A DNA stretch of 64,000 nt from Candidatus Poribacteria bacterium (GTDB lineage Bacteria > Poribacteria > WGA-4E > PCPOR2b), in contig OZ244587.1 in assembly GCA_965218095.1 (NCBI GenBank), forward strand, positions 3,616,001 to 3,680,000. The letters run 5' to 3'. Positions within the stretch are counted from its first letter, which is position 1, and every line of letters begins with the position of its first letter. Positions 41,280 to 52,019 of this stretch are shown piece by piece. A model generated the notes under the pieces. That model had not been told where the DNA came from. It did no database searches and worked only from the letters and a program-made list of their open reading frames with translations. A program made the position numbers and the translations under genes.

Positions 41280-41507
41280 AATCCTCCGCTTTTTGGCGGT
41301 GGCATACCTAGCGGGCGAATCATTGGCAGCAGCGGCGCACTTGGCGAATACTCGAAAAATCGTCCCGTTACCCCATCGGACCTGGCGGCGATGATCTACA
41401 TGCTACTCGGCATAGACCCGAGCTTGGAGCTTCACACTAGTGACGGTCGGCCAGTTCGTGTCGCACCAGATGGTGCCAAAATTGTTTCGGAACTTATTGG
41501 GGGTTGA
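41280..41507 (+). pseudogene. DUF1501 C-terminal remnant
   Basis: AFGGGIPSGRIIGSS...PVTPSDLAAMIYMLLGIDP...DGRP. Confidence 0.75.
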
Positions 41508-41510
41508 TCG

Positions 41511-42867
41511 ATGAACCGTTTCACACTCATACGTATATTCATCCTGATACTGGTCGCGATCGCTGCTCCAGCAGATGCCCAGCCCGAGATCGACTTCGAG
41601 AATCAGATCTTACCCATCCTCACGAATCGCTGCATCGAGTGCCACAGTGCGCCGAAGGCCGATGCCAGCGGTCGCATCAGGAAACCGAAGGGAGGTGTTC
41701 AGTTGGACAGCGTGGAAGGCATCACGGAGAGCAGGCGCGGTGAAGTTATCATTGCTGGCGATCCCGACAGTTCGCTGCTCTACGAGCGCATCACCTTGCC
41801 TGAAGACGATATCGACATCATGCCACCGCCGGAGGAGGGTACGCCCCTGACCAAGAAAGAAACTGACCTGATCAGGAAGTGGATTGAGCAGGGGGCAAAC
41901 TACGGCAGGTGGAAGGGAAATCAACTCCAGGGCAAGCTGTTGACCAGCGACAGCAAGACCCACCAGCCTGCCGTTATGCCGCTGATTACTTCTCTCGCGT
42001 TTGCTCCGGATGGAGAATCGGTTGTTGTTTGCTCGCAGGCTGGATTGCACGTCTACGACTGGCCAAAACTCAACCTGCAAAAGGCGATCAAGACGACAGC
42101 CCTCAACCTTCACCATCTCGCATTCTCACCTAGTGGAGACCGATTGGCCGTCGTCGTCGAAAACTCCGCGACAGAAGGCTTTGTAGAGATTTTTTCATGG
42201 CCAGAGGGAAAGTCCCTCCGCATTCTTAGGAAGCATGATGATTCGGTAATGGCTGTTGCCTGGCGTGATGCGTCGTCCCTGGCATCGGCAAGTCTAGACC
42301 GTAGCATCATCCTTTGGGACCTGCAAACCGGAGCATCCATCTAGCAGTTGAAAGGCCATTCCCGTGGTGTTTCATCCCTCTGTTTTCTGAAGGACAAGGA
42401 AACGATGGTCAGTACTGGTATCGATCAGAATCTGCGTGTTTGGGACCTGGAGTCCGGCAAACTGATTCGAAGCCTGAATAATCATACGTTGCCTGTTCCG
42501 GATTTGGCCCTGCGTCCCGGCGAAACTGGGCTCCCCATGGCTGCCTCTGCGGGCGAAGACCGCACCGTTCGTTCGACTTTGGCAGCCAACCATCGGTCGA
42601 ATGCTCAGGTTCGCACGACTCAAAGCAGAGCCGCTGGACGTGGCATGGCTAAACAACGGCTCTAAGATTGTGGCGGCCTGTACCAATGGCCATATTCGCC
42701 TCATCGATCCGGAACTGGTAAAAGTTATTCAGGACATCCCTGCCATTGACGGTTGGGCTTACTCGCTCGCCGTCCATCCCACCGATGGCAGTGTCGTGAT
42801 TGGTGGACCCAACGGACAAGTCCAACGGATTCTTATCAACCCTGCTGCCCCAACCCAACACCAATGA
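41511..42867 (+). pseudogene. Planctomycete cytochrome c plus WD40 protein, disrupted
   Basis: IDFENQILPILTNRCIECH, MPP and WIEQGA motifs; WD40 repeats; in-frame TAG at 42342; frameshift near 42575. Confidence 0.85.
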
Positions 42868-43040
42868 CAAGGAGATTCTCTCATGAAACCCATCTCCCTA
42901 ACAATTTTGGGCGTGTTGACGAATTTAATCGAATTGCGTAAAATAGGACCTCGTCGGCATTGATCCGGTCGGTACGGAAGTCCATGGCCTGGCCGAACTG
43001 GAAAATCGAGCCTTTCTCAACTGCATCACAAAACTGATTA

Positions 43041-43825
43041 GGACGTGTTGACATTTATGGCATAATAACGATATGTCAACACTTAACCTTATCCGATAAT
43101 CAATGGTCAAAAATAGCAGCATTCCTGCAAACCTGTTCCGATGTCTACACCGGACAGCAAGCGAACTTAAAACGTTTTGTCCAAGCAGTGCTTTGGATAA
43201 CTCGTAGTGGTAGTCAATGGCGACTCCTACCAAAAGAGTACGGCAGTTGGAACAGCGTCTATAAACGATTCGCCCGCTGGTGCGATAAAGGCATCTTCCA
43301 ACGGCTGCATCAACACTTTGTCAACGACCCAGATATGGTGACAGTACCATCTGCCGCGCTCACCCCTGTGCTGCAGGGGGTTTGAAAACAAGTGGCGGTC
43401 AAGCCTCACAGGCACTCGGACGTAATGCGGGTGGATTTTCAACCAAAATTCACATCACGGTTGATGGCTTAGGCAATCCATTATGTTTTGCGCTGACGGC
43501 TAGACAACGCCACGCCATGACTTGTGCAGAAGGGTATAGCAGTGAGTATGTGATAGCCGACTCAGCGTATGACGCGGATTCATTGGTGCAGTTGATAACC
43601 CGTATGGGTGCAGAGCTAGTGATTCGTCCCCGTATCAACCGCCGTGAGTCACGAGACTATGATACGCATCTGTACCGAGAGAGACATCGGGTGGAATGCT
43701 TCATCAACAAAATCAAGCACTATAGGCGTATCTTCAGTCGTTTTGATAAGTTAGCGGGTCGCTATTTGGGGTTTCTGAGTTTCGTTGCTGCGATTATCTG
43801 GTTACGATGAAATGTCAACAGAACC
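43041..43825 (+). mobile_element. IS5-family element, copy 2 (diverged, degenerate)
   Basis: Ends GGACGTGTTGACATTT and AAATGTCAACAGAACC; SGSQWRLLP, GGFSTKIH and YRERHRVECF motifs. Confidence 0.9.
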
Positions 43826-43829
43826 TAGA

Positions 43830-44805
43830 CATCGCAGCGCTCGCGGAGTCCATCGTTATTGGAGGGACCGATACCGATGAGGTAGGCCGTCCGCCCAGGC
43901 GAGTTCTTCTGGGTCGTTGGCGCTGACTGCGGCAATTAGGAAGACATCCTGATCGCCCCCCTCGCTGGCAGGGCGTGGCTCAAAAGCATTGCACATCATC
44001 AACCCTTGCGCTACGCTACTTGCTTCACGCTCGACTCCCATGTTACGGCTCCGCACGTAATAATGTCCGCCCCCGATGATCCGTTTCGCGATCCTCACAG
44101 CAATCTCGTTGATGTACCTCAGATCCCGTGCATGAATATCCGCAAGTCGTTCCAGGAGGATGTCCACATACTGACGTCCGATGGAACCCGCCGGTGGCCT
44201 GCCTGTTGCGAGTGTATGGGCGACCTCGGCGGCGATCATCCAGTGAATCGCGCACGTCCCATTCGACGATCCGGGGCAGATCTCCATCTCCGGGATTTCA
44301 GGCGCATGCACCAGTCCTTGATGCCATGGAATGTGTGAATCGATGACACGCGATGCCACATCTTCCGGCCTCCAATTATTGACATTCGGTACGACCTTGC
44401 CCGGCGGCGTATTTCGGTTATTGACGTAGCAAGTGGTAAATACGACGACATATACTTCGGCGTCGCGGATGTCGCGCACCGATTCGCTGATGTCGTTGGT
44501 GAGCAGGACATCACCCGCCTGCATCGCCGCAAATTGCTCCGGCGTGCACGTGTTCGCCCTGATAAATCGAACTGCGCCGGATTGCCCTCACGGTCGTTCT
44601 CTAACTCATACTTCGGCATGTGGCCAGCCGTCACGTTGGCATAGACCTTGGTGCCCGCGTGGATTGCATCGGCAGCTATTGCTGAGACTTCAGCAAGAAT
44701 CACCGCATCACCACGGATGTCCTGCAATAACTTGACGATGTTTTGATAATACCCTTCCCCGAATGGGATGGTGTGTCCCCAGTTATGCTCTGGGTGGATG
44801 TTCAT
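43830..44805 (-). pseudogene. SIS-like hypothetical protein, frameshifted and truncated by IS
   Basis: ORFs 44236..44805 and 43856..44524 join by a frameshift near 44560; VIDSHIP..G...ICPGSS resembles SIS-type folds. Confidence 0.55.
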
Positions 44806-44943
44806 AACTCAATGTCCTCTCGTGATTATACCTAAAAATCTGACTCCCAAATTTCCTGGAGCTCAAGAACAAATCCCGGCAACACCAGTCCCCCAAATCT
44901 TCTCCTTGGATCTGTAATGAGACGTTGAATACTAAGAGTTAGT

Positions 44944-44970
44944 TCAACACGAACCGGACAAACCTTGAGC
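44944..44970 (-). repeat. 27-bp duplicate of the fdh 3' end
   Basis: tcaacacgaaccggacaaaccttgagc versus 45025-45051; 1 mismatch. Confidence 0.9.
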
Positions 44971-45014
44971 GAATCGAAAAATCTCAACCTTGTACGGACT
45001 TATGAAATCGATCA

Positions 45015-47732
45015 CTAAACCGGCTCAACGCGAACCGGACAAACCTTGAGCTCTGCTGTCTCCGTAATCGGATCGTAGCCGGAGCCCGTCAGGATGTTCA
45101 CGGGCACGTCGCTGAAGCTGAAGCTGGCGAAGACTGTCCCACGCGGGGAACGGTTTGTGGATTTCACCTTAATCTTCACCGAGCCGCGTACACTTGACAA
45201 CTCACACCACCCACCGTCGGTGAGGCCCCATCCCTTGACATTGGCGGGATTCACCTCAAGCGCCTCTTCGGATAACAGATAGTCAATGCCCTGTGCCCGA
45301 CCGGTTTGTGTGCGCGTGTGGTAAGATTGGAGCCGGCGTCCAGTTGTGAGCCAGACGGGGAATTTCTCGCTAATCGTCTCCGCCGGGTCTCGGTAATGAA
45401 CGACTGAAAAAATGCCACGACCGTTCACAAATTCGCCCTCGTGCAATCTGGGGGTGCCGAGGTGATTCTTGTCAGGCACGGGCCACTGGTACTCGCTCTT
45501 GTCAATGCGGTCCCAATCCAGTCCAGCGTAAATCGGCGAGACGCTGCAAAGCTCGTTGAAGACCTCTTTCGTTGACGCAAAATCGAAGCCCTGAAAGCCC
45601 ATCCTCCGGGCGAGTTGGCAGATAATCCACCAGTCAGGCTTCGCTTGACCCGGCGGTAGCACAGCTGCACGGAGGCGCTGGACGCGACGTTCCGTGTTCG
45701 TACAAACTCCGTCGGTTTCCCCAAAAGCTGTCGCGGGGAGGATGACATCGGCAAGCTGCGCCGTATCGGTCAGGAAAATGTCAATGACGACGAGATGATC
45801 CAAGCTCCGCAGCGCGTGCTCACAGTGCTTTCGGTCAGGGTCGGAGAGCAGGGTGTTCTCGCCGTCAATGAGCATTGCGTGGATTTGGTCGCCGCAGAGG
45901 TTAAGCGCCGTGACTTTAGTGATGCCTTTCTCAAGGTCAATCTCCGTGCCGTAGAGTGCTTTGAACTTCGCCTGGTTCGCCGGGGCCATGACGGACTGGA
46001 AGCCCGGATAGTTGTTCGGGAGCGCGCCACTATCCCCTGCGCCCTGAATGTTGTTCTGACCGCGCATGGGGTTGATGCCGGTTCCTTCGCGGCCGACATT
46101 GCCGGTCATGAGGACGAGGTTGCAGAGGCTTTGCACGTTATCAACGCCGCAGATATGCTCGGTGATGCCGAGCGTGTAGTAGATTGCGGCTTTCTCCGAT
46201 TTGCCATACCACAGCGCGGCGGTCTCAATGTCCTTGGCAGGCACACCCGTAATTTCCTCCGCCCACATCGGCGTAAATTCGACGAGGTGTTCGAGGAAGG
46301 CGTCGCTGTCCGTCGTGCGATGCTCGATAAAACTTCGGTCAATAAGCCCCTCGCGGGCAATGACGTGCGCCATTCCGAGCAACAGGGCGACATCCGAGCC
46401 GACCCGGAGTGGCAGATAGAGGTCTGATAATTCTGCGAGCCCAATGCGCCGTGGGTCGGCGACAATCAACTTCGCGCCGCGTGCAATCGCCTTCTTGAGG
46501 CGCGTTGCTGCGACAGGGTGGCACTCCGTCATATTCGTGCCGATGCAGAAAATCACATCAGGCTTCTCCATGTCAACCAGCGGATTCGACATGGCACCGC
46601 GTCCGATTGTGGCTGCCAGACCGGCAACCGTCGGGGCGTGTCAGGCACGGCTACAGTTGTCGATGTAGTTTGTGCCGAAGCCAACGCGGATGAACTTCTG
46701 CATGAGATAAGCTGCCTCGCTCGGCGCACGACCCGAGGCGACGCCATAGATGCTGTGCCTGCCATGCTTATCGTGCACTTTACGGAAGCCCTTGGCTGCA
46801 CGCTCAAGCGCCTCGTCCCAACTTGCCTCGTGGAGCTCGCCATCCTCGCCACGAACAAGCGGCACCGTAAGCCGGTCGGGGTGGTGCACAAAGTCGAAGG
46901 CGAACTGGCCCTTGACGCAGAGGGCCCCCTCGTTTGCGGGCCCGTCCATCGCCGGGTGGATGCCGACTATTCTATCCGCCTTGGTCAGGAGGTCGATCGA
47001 GCAGCCGACGCCGCAGTAGGGACAGATCGTACGTGTTTTCTCGATTTCACCCGGCAAATCGACCGCACGCATCGCCTTCTTGTCGGCAAGCGCCCCGGTC
47101 GGACAGGTCTGCACACACTGCCCACAAAAGGTGCACGCGGAGTCCTTCAACGTCCCATTAAACTCGGTGGCGATCTGCGTGTGGAAGCCGCGATTCATGA
47201 CGCTGATTGCGTAGTCTCCCTCTTGCTCGGCGCAAACGCGCACGCAGCGGTAGCAGGAAATGCAGAGGTCGTAATCGCGCAGGATAAACGGGTTGGCGTC
47301 GTCTGTATTGCTCGTTCCTGACTGCGCTCCCATGAAACGCCCTGTGCGCGTCCCGTAACGGTTGACGAGAGCCGTCAGTTCCTGCGAAGCATAGCCACGT
47401 AGCGAATCAACATCAAGTTCACGGTTCTCGGAAACAACCATTTCCAGCAAGGTCTTTCGGTACTTATCGATCTCCTCGGCCGCCGTACGGACGACCATAC
47501 CGGGCACCGCTTTCGTCGTGCAGGACGCTACCGGATTCCGAGTCCCTTCAAGTTCGACAACACAGAGGCGACAACCGCCAAAGGCTTCAAGGCGTGGGTC
47601 GTAGCAGAGCGTCGGGATGTGCTTTCGATGCTGCTCCGCGACCTCGTAGATTGTTTCGCCTTCGGTGAAGGTAACTTCCTTTCCGTCAAGTGTTATTGTA
47701 GCGAGTTTCTTCTGTTTCTGATTTGAATTCAT
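45015..47732 (-). CDS. fdhF: Selenocysteine-containing formate dehydrogenase alpha subunit (905 aa)
   Basis: NuoG-like Fe-S N-terminus and CPYCGVGC; DNCSRA-UGA-HAPTVAGL joins two ORFs in frame; RGQNNIQG and molybdopterin C-terminal domain. Confidence 0.95.
46611..46643 (-). promoter_or_regulatory. UGA codon plus bacterial SECIS
   Basis: UGA, 11 nt, then GGUUGCC-GGUCU-GGCAGCC hairpin. Confidence 0.85.
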
Positions 47733-48292
47733 TTACTCTACCTCCATTAATTCCATAAGCCTTTGGACGTATTTCTGCCCAAACTGGTGGCTATACAGCA
47801 GGGCGTGTAACTGCCGTGCCCCTGTGTTTCTATCGATTCCGTACATTTCACCCTCTAAAGGAGATGATTTCTGGGTATCAGTGTCACTCCATAGTGTGAT
47901 TTCTGTTTCAAAGCTCTCTTTAACAAAGTTTTCCCCCAGACGGAGCACCGCGGACCACCAGTCTCCTCGCGGTTGCAATTCAAACACTTTCAAGACAAAA
48001 AACCCCCTCTCCAAAAAGTTTCTGCAAAGATAGGCTGTCGAAGAAACTGGCAGATTTCAGCATCAGCCTCCTCCAAAAAATCTGCATCCAACAAATACCA
48101 GCGCCCAGCTCTAGCAAGGTATTCTCGCTCATTTTCTGCCGCGCTCAAATCTCTAAAATCCGATTGGCGCAAATAAAACGTGCAAATCCGTTCACCAATT
48201 CTTCGGATGCCTCCATTGACGCCGTGCCCTTGAGACATCCTCAGTGGATTCACTGCATCCCCTACTACGTTGCTGAGCAAATGATTGACCAA
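47733..48292 (-). pseudogene. Hypothetical protein fragment(s) abutting the fdh start
   Basis: Two ORFs joined by a frameshift near 48015; TAAATG junction with fdh. Confidence 0.45.
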
Positions 48293-48327
48293 ATGGAGAA
48301 CCTCACTAAATAGTTTCCTGGGGATTT

Positions 48328-50559
48328 TTAAGCGCCTGTCGTCCGAATCTGCTTTGAAACAGTGAGTATTGATTTAATCACGACAATGATTGGGGTGGCA
48401 AGCACCACCCCCCAAAATCCGAGTATCGAAGCGCCGACAATCACACCAAACATCAGAAGCACGGGGTCAATGTCAACAGCACTGCTCATAATTCTGGGTG
48501 TAATCAGGGAGTTATCGACTGCCTGAATACCGAAGATTGCACCGAATAAAGCGGCGAGGCGAATTAGAAAGCCTGCCGCTTCAAAATTCCCTGCCGCAAA
48601 TCCGATTAGTAGTGAAAGAACAGCAAACGCGCCGCCAATAAACGGGCCAACGGTCGGAATCGCGTTGCACACCCCCGCAAATAACCCAACGAGCAGAGCG
48701 AAGGGCACACCAATAACCCCATACACGATTGCCGAAATAATAGCGATAATCAGAATGATGGTGATTTGCCCACCTAGGTACGACTGTAGATTTTTGTCAA
48801 TCTCAGTTAGATAGCGCTTAACCTCTTCGCGTTTGTCCTGGGGAAACAGATTGATAAAATTCCAGATATAATCCATAAAGGCCTGGCTCGCGTAGATGAA
48901 AATCATGAAGACGAAAAGCGCAGTCGCCAAAAAGCCGCCGAATCCAATAGTCACCGATGTGACGCCTTTGAAAAGCTGTCCGATAAAATTGCTCCCTATC
49001 TGTGCTAATGTCGGCAATTTGGTTGTCAGGTACTCGTACATCTGTTTGACCCCGCCTTTGAGCGGTGGATTCGCCTCCAGCCTGGAGAGAATCCCCTTAT
49101 CTACCTGTATCACTTTCCATTCTGCATCTAAATCTGTGCGATGATAAAGTACATCGCTACTTCCTGCGTAAAGTATTTGATGGGAGAATGGCACGAGCAA
49201 TGAAACTGATTCGACAGGCATTTCTTCGACTGCTCTGATCCAACCCCTCCTCTGCGCCCACCGGTATAAGCCCACCGGTGTTTCTGATAAACCCACCGAT
49301 GTTCCTGCGTAAAGCTGCACTTTGCCATTCACAGCCACGACAGTCAAGGCTCGGATAGGTTGACCTTCTGGACCATCCGAGCTTATCAGAGACCAGGTTT
49401 CGCCTGTGTTGGAACTCACGTAAACGCCCTGGTCCGACGCGATATAGAGCTCCCCTGTGACTCCGGGAGCAAAGGCGATACTCTGGACGGAGAGCGCTGT
49501 TGGAGATGTGGTGCCCACCTGAAGAATCTCCCACTTTTTACCCTCATCATCACTACGATATAGCCCAACGTCAGTTCCCACGTAGATCGGGGAATCGTCA
49601 TAGGTTGGGATGGCGATGGCTTGCACCGATTTTCCGCCGAAAGTTTCAACCGCTATCGGTTCCCAGATTTCGGTGTCTTTTTGTGCTGATCCAGGAATTG
49701 CACGAGTATACAGACCCCTTGCTGTGCCCGCATAAAGCCGGTGCTTTCCAGCAGCGACGGATTGAATGGGCTGACCAATTAGATCCTCGCTTGTCAGATC
49801 TTGGATTTGATCTTTGGGCTCATGTAAAAATGAAAGGCGCAAGGGCGAGGGAAGTTTGGAAATCACGGATTTGGATTTGTCCTCTGCATGCGTTCTTAAC
49901 ATGAGCGGATCTTCGCCGAGTTTATGGCGATAGATGCCGTGTGCGGTTCCCAGATAGATCGCAGCTGGATTATCAGGCTGGATGGCAAAAGCGTGCAATT
50001 TATCATCAACGACATACGGCACAACCGATTGGTAATAGAATCTCTTTAATCCTTTGCCCATCTGCTTTGACTGCTGGGCAACCTGGGGTACGACATAGAA
50101 GAATAACAGGACAAACGCACCAAATGCTAGCACTGTCAGTATCCCCCGTGCGTATCCCCTGGATAATCGCAGCCGCCTGCCTTTGGGCAGTGATATATCT
50201 TGCATCGTGTTCAGCAGAAGACGGAAGAGATAAGCGAGGCCGAAGCCGAGAATAAAAGGCATCAGCACGCTGAACAAATCTCTGAACAGCCAGATTCCTA
50301 TCAGTGCGATGAGCGTATCAACAACGCTCGGTACGCCAATCAAGGCACGGAGACGAGCCAAGAGCACAATCAGGAGGATTGCAATCATCGGATGCAGCAG
50401 CAAAATGTCCATGCCGTTTGCATCCTCCGTATTTGTCCCCCTATAGTGAGCGAATGCAACCCAGGTGGCAACAAGCACGATGGCGACAATCGCGACAATC
50501 GTACTTCCACAGATCTGTTCATCAGGGATGGGAGGCTTTGAAGAAGATGTATTATTCAT
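48328..50559 (-). CDS. AI-2E (PerM) family transporter with an inserted beta-propeller
   Basis: PFILGFGLAY and C-terminal YLGGQ, NAIPTVGP, DNSLITPRIM, GFWGVVLATP; central YxGT.GLY/SxDxGxxW repeats. Confidence 0.88.
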   Translation of the reverse strand: MNNTSSSKPPIPDEQICGSTIVAIVAIVLVATWVAFAHYRGTNTEDANGMDILLLHPMIAILLIVLLARLRALIGVPSVVDTLIALIGIWLFRDLFSVLMPFILGFGLAYLFRLLLNTMQDISLPKGRRLRLSRGYARGILTVLAFGAFVLLFFYVVPQVAQQSKQMGKGLKRFYYQSVVPYVVDDKLHAFAIQPDNPAAIYLGTAHGIYRHKLGEDPLMLRTHAEDKSKSVISKLPSPLRLSFLHEPKDQIQDLTSEDLIGQPIQSVAAGKHRLYAGTARGLYTRAIPGSAQKDTEIWEPIAVETFGGKSVQAIAIPTYDDSPIYVGTDVGLYRSDDEGKKWEILQVGTTSPTALSVQSIAFAPGVTGELYIASDQGVYVSSNTGETWSLISSDGPEGQPIRALTVVAVNGKVQLYAGTSVGLSETPVGLYRWAQRRGWIRAVEEMPVESVSLLVPFSHQILYAGSSDVLYHRTDLDAEWKVIQVDKGILSRLEANPPLKGGVKQMYEYLTTKLPTLAQIGSNFIGQLFKGVTSVTIGFGGFLATALFVFMIFIYASQAFMDYIWNFINLFPQDKREEVKRYLTEIDKNLQSYLGGQITIILIIAIISAIVYGVIGVPFALLVGLFAGVCNAIPTVGPFIGGAFAVLSLLIGFAAGNFEAAGFLIRLAALFGAIFGIQAVDNSLITPRIMSSAVDIDPVLLMFGVIVGASILGFWGVVLATPIIVVIKSILTVSKQIRTTGA
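49817..49907 (-). mobile_element. 91-bp MITE, in frame within the AI-2E gene
   Basis: CGCTCATGTTAAGAA...ACATGAGCC; 8-bp target duplication gatctttg/gatcttcg. Confidence 0.8.
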
Positions 50560-50764
50560 CTGTTCATCCTCCGTTTCGAGAGGAAGCAGGTTAGAAAAGT
50601 TGTGAGGCATCTTTGCGAGTATCTGCTATATTATAGCATAATCGCACGCCGATAACGGATTATTTTCGGTGGGAATTCTCCAACCGTTCAGTGTCGAAAG
50701 GGGTTTCGCCGATTTGGTAATGATTCTCAATTCAAGTAACACTTCTGGGTGTGCCTATGTAGAC

Positions 50765-51895
50765 TCATGTAACCGACGACCTCTTCTTCGCTTCAATCTG
50801 TGGCATGTAGTTCTCCCTGCCAATCTGAGGTTTCTTGTTATCCATGCGCGAACTTTTCGGGAAGAGTCTGAGGCTGCGGTTCTCAAGGGGGAGTCTCACC
50901 GGTATGTGCCCCCGCCGGTGCGATTCCCGTAGCGCAATCGCGATTTCCAGGACCTTACGCCCGTTGTCACCGCTGCCCCTGGGCTCGATGTCCATTTCGA
51001 GCGCATCGACAATGGACTGCACGGTTGCGATGTTGCGGTCTCCGGCCCATCTCCAGCCTTCCTCATCATAGGTATTGCTCGTTCTGCCATAAACGCTGGT
51101 TTCAGGGAACACGCCCTCTACTTTCTTGAGGTCTGCCCATGTCGGTCGGTTTATACCCTCCTCGGCTTTCCAGAGGTGGAGAAAGCCATTATTACTGCGG
51201 AATACCCCCCGGCTGCACAAGACCTCGAATCCGTTGCCCCTGGCATCGGGGTCGCGGTGCATAAAGGCTTCGATGCCATTCACGAAGCGTACATACCCTG
51301 CTACCCCCTGATCATGATCACTTTGCGGATCGTCGGCGACCCAGCCAATCACCCAGGCAACATCGGCATCTCTGGCAAACATGCGCATCAGACTAAAAAG
51401 CTGGCAGCCACCGCCTGACATCTCTGCACCGCTCCCGCCGGTAAAGTTGATGCTTTTGACTTCGCCGAGCTCACCCGACTCGATGATTTTGCGGGCCTTC
51501 CAGTACTGTGGCACATTTCGGTCAAGGTCACCAGAGCCGAACTTGATTCCTCGCGATCGGCACGCTTCCACCATACGGTCGGCATCCTCAAGCGTTGCTG
51601 CGATGGGCTTCTCGCAGAGAATTGCTTTCACGCCCGATTCGGCACACCCGGTGACGACTTCGGGGTTTGGCCTGACAGGCAGGATAGGCGCAGCGATGTC
51701 AATTTGTTCTTTCTCAAGCATCTCCCTATAATCGCTGTACCCCGGAACATTGAAATACCTACAGTACAACCCCAGGTTTTCGGGGTCGGTGTCAGCCAAT
51801 GCGACGACTTCCGTCAAGGGGTTGAGCGCGTAAGCCCGCGCATGCTGTCCCCCCTTCCTGCCGCAGCCTATCACCCCCACTCGATATTTAGCCAT
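50765..51895 (-). CDS. Gfo/Idh/MocA oxidoreductase
   Basis: VGVIGCG, CEKPIA and IESGELGEV motifs. Confidence 0.9.
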   Translation of the reverse strand: MAKYRVGVIGCGRKGGQHARAYALNPLTEVVALADTDPENLGLYCRYFNVPGYSDYREMLEKEQIDIAAPILPVRPNPEVVTGCAESGVKAILCEKPIAATLEDADRMVEACRSRGIKFGSGDLDRNVPQYWKARKIIESGELGEVKSINFTGGSGAEMSGGGCQLFSLMRMFARDADVAWVIGWVADDPQSDHDQGVAGYVRFVNGIEAFMHRDPDARGNGFEVLCSRGVFRSNNGFLHLWKAEEGINRPTWADLKKVEGVFPETSVYGRTSNTYDEEGWRWAGDRNIATVQSIVDALEMDIEPRGSGDNGRKVLEIAIALRESHRRGHIPVRLPLENRSLRLFPKSSRMDNKKPQIGRENYMPQIEAKKRSSVT

Positions 51896-52019
51896 TGGAA
51901 AATCCTCCTTGTATGAAATAGAAAGTGTAGAACCGCAGATTAGGTAGGATTTCGCGGATCAGATGTGTGTGTAAGGACAGTTTCTTATCTCTGTAATCCT
52001 ATAAATCCGTGGTTCTAAT

